This document shows, one piece after another, positions 37,582 to 43,593 of a stretch of DNA of 43,593 nt. The DNA lies in the NCBI GenBank assembly GCA_013298455.1, contig JAAFHR010000001.1, positions 1 to 43,593 on the forward strand. Reading direction: 5' to 3'. The position numbers and the translations under genes are program-made. The notes under the pieces were generated by a model that saw only the letters and a program-made list of their open reading frames with translations, did not search any database and was not told where the DNA came from. Within the stretch, counting starts at the first letter, position 1; each line of letters opens with the position of its first letter. Source of the DNA: Betaproteobacteria bacterium (GTDB lineage Bacteria > Pseudomonadota > Gammaproteobacteria > Burkholderiales > Casimicrobiaceae).

Positions 37582-38547
37582 ATGACAACAGCCCCCATCG
37601 AGATCACATTTCCAGACATCAGCCGATGGGCAATCGGCAACACCGGTCTCGACTACGTCTGGTCGTTATCAGGCGCGGTATCTGGGCCGCACGTTTGCGT
37701 CGTCGCGTTGGTGCATGGCAATGAGGTGTGTGGCGCGATTGCTGCGGATCGCTTGCTGGATGCGCTTCAGGGCGGACTGACAGTGAAGCGCGGCACGCTC
37801 TCCGTGGTGTTTGCCAACGTTGCTGCGTATCACGCGTTTGATGCGACGAAACCGATGGAATCGCGCTGCGTGGACGAAGACTTCAATCGCCTATGGCGCG
37901 AGAACACGCTTGATGGGGCGCGCGATTCGCTAGAGCTTCGCCGCGCTAGGGCGCTTCGGTCACATTTCGATACGGTCGATCACTTGTTGGACTTGCATTC
38001 GATGACCGAGCCCGCGCCCGCCATCGCACTGGCGGGCGACACCGCGAAAGGGCTGGCACTCGCGAAAGCAATTGGTTCGCCCGCCAACATCCTCATCGAT
38101 TCGGGGCACGCCGCTGGAAAACGGCTTCGAGATTACGGCACGTTTGCCGACGAATCCTCACACAAAAGCGCACTGCTGATCGAATGCGGGCAGCATTGGG
38201 AGCGCACCGTGGGCGATGTGGCGTGCGATGTGATGTGGCGTTTCTTGCGGCACTTTGATGTGCTTGACGCGGTCGATATGGCGCATCGTATGAGCACTGA
38301 CACGATCAACGAGCCACAACGCGTCATCACCATTTCCGAAGTGGTGACGGTCACAACAGAAACGTTTCAATGGCTGCGGCCACTCCTCGGATTGGAAGTG
38401 ATCGCGAGCGCCGGAACGCTGCTAGCGCATGACGGAGCGAATGAGGTTCGCACGCCGCATGATGATGCGGTGATGGTGATGCCTGTGCCCAATCCGAAGA
38501 TTGGGCAAACGGCGGTGCGAATGGGGCGCGTGATGGGCGGCGATTGA
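37582..38547 (+). CDS. Succinylglutamate desuccinylase/aspartoacylase (M14) family protein
   Basis: HGNEVCG, DFNR, LDLHS, IECG zinc/catalytic motifs. Confidence 0.9.
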   Translation: MTTAPIEITFPDISRWAIGNTGLDYVWSLSGAVSGPHVCVVALVHGNEVCGAIAADRLLDALQGGLTVKRGTLSVVFANVAAYHAFDATKPMESRCVDEDFNRLWRENTLDGARDSLELRRARALRSHFDTVDHLLDLHSMTEPAPAIALAGDTAKGLALAKAIGSPANILIDSGHAAGKRLRDYGTFADESSHKSALLIECGQHWERTVGDVACDVMWRFLRHFDVLDAVDMAHRMSTDTINEPQRVITISEVVTVTTETFQWLRPLLGLEVIASAGTLLAHDGANEVRTPHDDAVMVMPVPNPKIGQTAVRMGRVMGGD

Positions 38548-38589
38548 ACCGTCTTGGTTGAGTCAACTAAACGAGTCCGTGCGCAATGC

Positions 38590-38612
38590 AACCGAGCTTG
38601 ATCGGTTTTTTT
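38590..38612 (+). terminator. Putative Rho-independent terminator
   Basis: AACCGA-GCTTGA-TCGGTT followed by a T-run downstream of the M14 gene. Confidence 0.5.
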
Positions 38613-38706
38613 GACGCAGATTACGCTGATGACGCAGATTGTTTGGAGCAAAGCCGCCGCTGAGTAAAACCAAATCTGTGTTCATCTGCGCAATCAGCGT
38701 TAAAAA
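38608..38706. repeat. ACGCAGAT-unit inverted repeat element (copy 1, downstream of comEC)
   Basis: Three ~9-10 bp units per arm: TTTTTGACGCAGATTACGCTGATGACGCAGATT ... AATCTGTGTTCATCTGCGCAATCAGCGTTAAAAA. Confidence 0.8.
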
Positions 38707-38768
38707 TTTCTCTGGGTTTTACGCCGCTTTACCGCGAGGTCACACCGCAGCGGAACCGCAAGCAACGC

Positions 38769-41171
38769 TCACCACTCAATCGGTCTGGCATCGCTCCGAT
38801 CCGGTTGGTCTACCCAGTAGCGGTGTCGTGCTTCGCGCCACTTGGCGGGCGTTGCGAATTGGTCGTGCGATGACAGCGCGATCGCGCCGTGCAAGTCGGT
38901 GCGCAGGAGTGGGATGTTTCGATCTGCGTAACGGCTCAGCACGCTGTCGCGCGGATGTCCGAACCGATTGCGATAACCAGCATTGATGAGCGCAACCTTG
39001 GGGGCGACTGCATCAATGAAATCGGGGGTCGACGACGTCGTGCTGCCGTGATGTGGCACGAGCAGCGCGTCCGCTCGAAGCCCGGCTCCGTAGCGCTCCA
39101 CTAGCGCTGCTTCGCTCTGCGCTTCAATGTCGGCGGTGAGTAGCGCGGATGCGCCCTTCCCGGTGACCTTCACCACGCATGAGCGATCATTGGTCTTGAG
39201 TTTTGCAACCGCGTAGCTCTCGGCTTGCGGGTGCACAATTTCGAAGCGAACGTCGTCCCACATCCAGCGCTGACCGGCCTCACAGCCGTACACAGGCACT
39301 CGTTTTTCAGCGGCGGTTTTGACGATGTCAGCTTCTGCAAAAACGCTCGTCAGCATCCATGAAATCGGTGTTGATCGGAGCAAGGCATTGGCGCCGCCGC
39401 TGTGATCGATATCGAGATGGCTCACGACCAAGCCATCGATTCGAGACGATCCGCTCGCTCGCAAGTACGGCACAATCAATCGAGCACCCGCATCGGTGTT
39501 GTCGGTCCACTTCGGCCCCGTGTCGTAGACCAATGTGCGCGTTGCCGTTCGCACCACGACCGAGGTACCTTGACCGATATCGAGCACGGTCATTTCAAAT
39601 TCACCGAGCGGTGGACGAAGCGGCGCAACAACAAACAACGGCACACACCAAAGCGCACCCAACCAGCGCATCGGAGCGCCGCGTGGTGCCAGCATGAGTA
39701 GCGCGCCAAGCATCGAAAGAATCACCGCCCACCACGGCGGCGCATGTTGGTTCCACACCGGAAACGGCAAACTCACCAACCACTCAAGACCCAGCGCGAG
39801 TCCAGCGATCAAGCCGTGAGCAGCGTGTAGAAAGAGATCGACCGGAAACACGATCCACAGAAGCGTGATGGGCACGACAACGAGCGTCACCAACGGAATC
39901 GCCACCGCATTGGCGAGCGGGCCGACCAGCGAAACCTGTTGAAACAACGCCAGCGCAAGCGGCGCCAAGCCCACCGTTACCGCAGCCTGTGTGACGAGCG
40001 CGCTTTGCCACCACGGCCGCTCGCCGACGCGACCGACGGTGACGTAGAGCAACATCGCCACCGCACAAAACGAAAACCAAAAACCCACCGCCAATACCGC
40101 CCATGGGTCGATCGCGAGTACCACCACGAGCGACCAGAGCAAGATCAACCAAGGCGACAATGCTCGGTTGAGCATGAGCGCTGCCGCTGCGGTGAGCAAC
40201 ATGAAACACGTGCGTTGCGCCGGTACGGCAAACCCCGCTAAGAGCGCATACGCCACGGCGATCAGCGCCGCCGAGATCGCCGCCGCTTTCTGAGCCGGGA
40301 GGTACGCTATGAGGGTGGGTGAGCGTCGCCACAGCGCAAACACACACCATGCGATCCATCCCGCAAACAGCGTGACATGCGCCCCACTGATGGAGAGCAA
40401 ATGCGACACACCGGTGGCGTTAAAGAGCGCCCAGTCTTTTTCAGAAATCGCTCGCTGATCGCCCATTGCCAAGGCAATTAACACGCCAGCGTATCGCCGA
40501 TCTTCGAGGGCGGCTCGCATTCGTTTACGCAGCCGATCACGCAGGCGATCAACCTGATCCGCAATGCGCCCCGCATTGGCCGCAAGCCGCCGGTTCGGCT
40601 CGTCACCGCGCACACTGCCGGTGGCGCGAAGGTTGTTTTCAAGCAGCCACGCCTCGACGTCAAAACCGGCCGGATTGGCATAGCCGTGCGGCCGCTTCAA
40701 GCGAACAGTGAACTGCCAACGCTCGCCCGGACGCAGCGCGGGCAGTGGCTCGCCCTGAAGCTCCTTGATGCTCGGCTTGTACCAACCGAGTGCAATGCGT
40801 TTGGGGACGACGGCGTCTGCGGTGATCACCTTTTCAACATCAAACGCAAATCGAATGCCGTTGGCGTCGGCGTTCGGTAAATCGTCGATCACGCCAATGA
40901 GTTCGATGTCCCGACCTTCCCACAGTGCGGGCAATTGATCCGACATGCGAAGCTCTGCGCGCCACAATGAAAAACTCGCGCCGAGTAGCAACGCAACGAT
41001 GACCACGAGCGACGTACTGCGCAACCTTTCGCGACACCACAGCAGCGCACTGGCCGCGAGCGAGGCAACCAAGAGCGCGATGCAAACGAACCGCGACGGC
41101 AGCGCTGGGCTCAGTTGCGCAACGCCAACGCCAACCGCAAACGCGATCAGCGCGAATTCGGTGCGCCACAT
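38769..41171 (-). CDS. comEC: DNA internalization competence protein ComEC/Rec2
   Basis: OB-like N-domain, GVSHLLSISGAH competence domain, MBL domain (LDIGQG, YDTG, SHLDIDHSGG, PHHGS, NRFGHP); start set at ATG 41171 because the longer ORF begins in a repeat. Confidence 0.95.
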   Translation of the reverse strand: MWRTEFALIAFAVGVGVAQLSPALPSRFVCIALLVASLAASALLWCRERLRSTSLVVIVALLLGASFSLWRAELRMSDQLPALWEGRDIELIGVIDDLPNADANGIRFAFDVEKVITADAVVPKRIALGWYKPSIKELQGEPLPALRPGERWQFTVRLKRPHGYANPAGFDVEAWLLENNLRATGSVRGDEPNRRLAANAGRIADQVDRLRDRLRKRMRAALEDRRYAGVLIALAMGDQRAISEKDWALFNATGVSHLLSISGAHVTLFAGWIAWCVFALWRRSPTLIAYLPAQKAAAISAALIAVAYALLAGFAVPAQRTCFMLLTAAAALMLNRALSPWLILLWSLVVVLAIDPWAVLAVGFWFSFCAVAMLLYVTVGRVGERPWWQSALVTQAAVTVGLAPLALALFQQVSLVGPLANAVAIPLVTLVVVPITLLWIVFPVDLFLHAAHGLIAGLALGLEWLVSLPFPVWNQHAPPWWAVILSMLGALLMLAPRGAPMRWLGALWCVPLFVVAPLRPPLGEFEMTVLDIGQGTSVVVRTATRTLVYDTGPKWTDNTDAGARLIVPYLRASGSSRIDGLVVSHLDIDHSGGANALLRSTPISWMLTSVFAEADIVKTAAEKRVPVYGCEAGQRWMWDDVRFEIVHPQAESYAVAKLKTNDRSCVVKVTGKGASALLTADIEAQSEAALVERYGAGLRADALLVPHHGSTTSSTPDFIDAVAPKVALINAGYRNRFGHPRDSVLSRYADRNIPLLRTDLHGAIALSSHDQFATPAKWREARHRYWVDQPDRSDARPIEW

Positions 41172-41224
41172 TTGGATGAGTTTGATCCTCACGTCACTGA
41201 GTCTTGTACGTGCGACCGAAGCAA

Positions 41225-41350
41225 TTTTTGACGCAGATTTCCACAGATTTCGCGCGGATGAACGCAGATTTTTTGTTTCGTACAACCGCCGATCAGCGAA
41301 GAGAAATCTGCGGCAATCCGTGTGAAATCCGCGTCAATCTGCGTCAGAAA
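41225..41350. repeat. ACGCAGAT-unit inverted repeat element (copy 2, upstream of comEC)
   Basis: Four ~10-bp units per arm: TTTTTGACGCAGATTTCCACAGATTTCGCGCGGATGAACGCAGATT ... AATCTGCGGCAATCCGTGTGAAATCCGCGTCAATCTGCGTCAGAAA. Confidence 0.82.
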
Positions 41351-41366
41351 GCTGTGCTGCGGCAAC

Positions 41367-41894
41367 CTAGCGCGCCGCCGTCCAATGCCCCGACTTGCCA
41401 CCGCGCTTTTCAAGCAAGCCAATATCGCTGATCACCATGCCGCGATCCACTGCTTTGCACATGTCGTAAATCGTTAAAAGCCCAACACTCACAGCGGCGA
41501 GCGCTTCCATTTCTACGCCCGTGCGGCCGACGGTTTCCGCCGTCACGGCGATATCCACGGCACAGGCGGCGTGATCGATGCTCAGTTCGACCGACACTTT
41601 CGTCAAACCAATCGGATGCGCCAGCGGAATCAAATCGGCACAGCGTTTTGCGCCGCCGATAGCTGCGATGCGGGCGATGCCGAGCACGTCGCCTTTTTTG
41701 TGAGTTCCGGCTTCGATCAGCTCGAGCGTGGGGCGCTGCATGGAAATGCGGCCAGACGCCCGCGCCACGCGATGCGTTTCTGCCTTGGCGCCGACGTCGA
41801 CCATATGCGCTTGACCGGCGGCATCAAAGTGCGTGAGCGGTTGGCCGCTATCGCCGGTAGCGGCGGGAATTGTGGGTGTGTGCGCGTCGTTCAT
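41367..41894 (-). CDS. moaC: Cyclic pyranopterin monophosphate synthase MoaC
   Basis: [50 protein letters not shown]. Confidence 0.97.
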   Translation of the reverse strand: MNDAHTPTIPAATGDSGQPLTHFDAAGQAHMVDVGAKAETHRVARASGRISMQRPTLELIEAGTHKKGDVLGIARIAAIGGAKRCADLIPLAHPIGLTKVSVELSIDHAACAVDIAVTAETVGRTGVEMEALAAVSVGLLTIYDMCKAVDRGMVISDIGLLEKRGGKSGHWTAAR

Positions 41895-41938
41895 GCGAAA
41901 TTAAGGAACCGGTGACCGTTTTGGGCTATCTTAGCAAC

Positions 41939-43408
41939 ATGACAAATCGCTTTGCCTCTCTCCGATCTCGGCCGCTGGCTGCGTGTGCGCTGGTCGTCGC
42001 TACGATGTGCTTCACCGTAACGAACGCGCAGCGCTTGCCCGAATTGGGCGACAGCTCTGGGAGCTTGGTGTCGTCGGCACAGGAGCGTCGGCTTGGGCAA
42101 GAGGCGATGCGCGAGCTTCGTGGTAGCGGTGCGGTGTTAAACGACCCCGAAGTCAACGGCTACCTCAACGAGCTTGGCAAACGCATTCTCACTGCTAATC
42201 CTGAGATTCGAGAGAGCTTTGAATTTTTCGCGGTGGGCGACAACTCGGTGAACGCCTTTGCTATGCCGGGCGGTTTCATCGGCGTGAACATGGGGCTCAT
42301 TTTGCTCACGCAAACCGAGAGCGAACTGGCCGGCGTATTGGCGCATGAAATCGCGCACGTCACCCAAAAGCACTACGCGCGTCAGCTCGATGATCAGCGC
42401 AAAAACGCTTGGATGCAGATTGCCGGAATCGCTGCGGCGGTGCTCGCCGCTAGAGCAAAAAATGGCGACGCTGCACAAGGCGCGCTACTCGGTTCGCAGG
42501 CCGCACAGATTCAAAGTTACTTGAATTTTTCACGAGATAACGAGCGCGAAGCGGATCGCATCGGCTTCCAATATTTACGCAATGCGCAATTCGATGCTGG
42601 CGCGATGAGCACGTTTATGGAGCGGCTACAACGCGCCACCGGCATTAGCGATGCGGGCATTGTGCCCGGCTACCTGCGCACCCATCCGGTCACGGTAGAG
42701 CGGGTTGGCGAAACCCGTGCGCTCGCAGCGAATGCGACGATGCGATTACCGAAAGAGAACAGCGATTACTTCTACGTGAGGGCGCTGCTTCGAAGCTACG
42801 TCGGCGATGAGCAGCAAGCCATTGCGCACTTCAAATCCGCCCTGGCTGAGCGCAAATTCAGCACCGAAGCCTCCGCTCGATACGGCTTGGCAGCGGCGTA
42901 TTTGCGGGCGCGTGAATTTGCGTCCGCAAAGAAAGAAATCTTTGCGCTGAGCGCCGATGGTTTGGCGCATCCGATGTTTGCGGCGCTCTTGGGGCAGGCC
43001 TATTTGCAAAACGAAGAATTCGGTCGCGCGTCTGAGTTTTTGGAAGCTGCGATTGCGCGCTTTCCGAATCACACGCAGCTGCATTACGACTTGCCCGAAG
43101 CGCTCCTGCGATTGAAGCAGCCGAAGCGTGCGTTGGAGCGCGTTGAGGCAAGCTTGGCCAAGCGCAGCGATGATGTGCTGCTTCTGAATTTAGCGTCACG
43201 CGCCAACGCCGATTTGGGTCAAAAACTACGTCAACATCGCTATTTGGGCGAACAGTACTACCGTCAAGGCAGCTTGGCCGCAGCACTGGATCAGTTCGAA
43301 TTGGCATCCAAAGCCAGTGACGGCGATTACTACGAGGCGAGCTACGTCGAAGCCCGAGCCCGCGACATGAAACGCGAAATCGCGATCGCGGCAAAGGATA
43401 AGCGGTAG
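41939..43408 (+). CDS. M48 family metalloprotease with TPR region (BepA/YfgC-like)
   Basis: Signal peptide, LPELG, NAFAMPGG, AHEIAH zinc motif, EREADRIG, LRTHP, C-terminal TPR-like helices. Confidence 0.93.
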   Translation: MTNRFASLRSRPLAACALVVATMCFTVTNAQRLPELGDSSGSLVSSAQERRLGQEAMRELRGSGAVLNDPEVNGYLNELGKRILTANPEIRESFEFFAVGDNSVNAFAMPGGFIGVNMGLILLTQTESELAGVLAHEIAHVTQKHYARQLDDQRKNAWMQIAGIAAAVLAARAKNGDAAQGALLGSQAAQIQSYLNFSRDNEREADRIGFQYLRNAQFDAGAMSTFMERLQRATGISDAGIVPGYLRTHPVTVERVGETRALAANATMRLPKENSDYFYVRALLRSYVGDEQQAIAHFKSALAERKFSTEASARYGLAAAYLRAREFASAKKEIFALSADGLAHPMFAALLGQAYLQNEEFGRASEFLEAAIARFPNHTQLHYDLPEALLRLKQPKRALERVEASLAKRSDDVLLLNLASRANADLGQKLRQHRYLGEQYYRQGSLAAALDQFELASKASDGDYYEASYVEARARDMKREIAIAAKDKR

Positions 43409-43466
43409 CGGTTAGCTTCGTCGATATCTCTGCACAACTATCAAACCGCTGGAAAGCCCCCCGGTT

Positions 43467-43488
43467 GTCATTCCCGCGAAGGCGGGAA
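43467..43488 (+). repeat. GTCATTCCCGCGAAGGCGGGAA REP-like palindrome
   Basis: TTCCCGC-GAAG-GCGGGAA hairpin preceded by GTCA; a degenerate relative (GCCATTCCCGCAAGGGTGGAAAT) lies at about 29345. Confidence 0.7.
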
Positions 43489-43593
43489 GATGGATTCACA
43501 GTTGAAGTGCAATGTCTGGAAGTGTTGCATAAATGTCTCCGCGGGAGATTTGAAGTCCAAGCACCGCCTGGGAGTGGCGTTGTATCGTTGTGC

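Noticed and set aside
41172-41285. N-terminal extension of ComEC in the ORF track
   Set aside because: Reads through the ACGCAGAT repeat element; ComEC-like sequence begins near 41171
38608-41350. Short repeats as a possible CRISPR array or integron attC sites
   Set aside because: No regular repeat-spacer periodicity, no cas or integrase genes, no RYYYAAC/GTTRRRY core boundaries

Overview
Chromosomal window from a GC-rich betaproteobacterium (taxonomy inferred from protein families and gene order). From left to right: (1) a minus-strand Xanthomonas xps-type type II secretion operon, gspE-F-G-H-I-J-K-L-M-N-D, followed directly by a small lipoprotein and a 533-aa secreted protein resembling betaproteobacterial S-layer/cell-surface proteins (NpdA-like), probably a dedicated S-layer export locus; (2) rubredoxin; (3) a cytochrome c oxidase cluster (DUF2244, coxB fused to cytochrome c and OmpA-like domains, ctaD, a 46-aa peptide, ctaG, coxC, DUF2909, SURF1, a thioredoxin-like protein, cyoE) with no heme A synthase at its usual position; (4) a sulfoacetate degradation cluster (pta, IclR regulator, xsc, TctC/Bug binding protein, sauS, sauT); (5) a 1535-aa mosaic secreted protein (CSLREA-like, beta-helix, choice-of-anchor Q-like, internal dockerin-like domain, unknown beta domain, Ig-like); (6) aldehyde dehydrogenase, M14 deacylase, comEC, moaC and an M48 (BepA-like) protease. 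Intergenic spaces carry several unrelated short palindromic repeat families, and one family brackets comEC. No rRNA, tRNA, CRISPR array, transposase or integrase was seen. All calls come from reading motifs by eye; no database searches were run.
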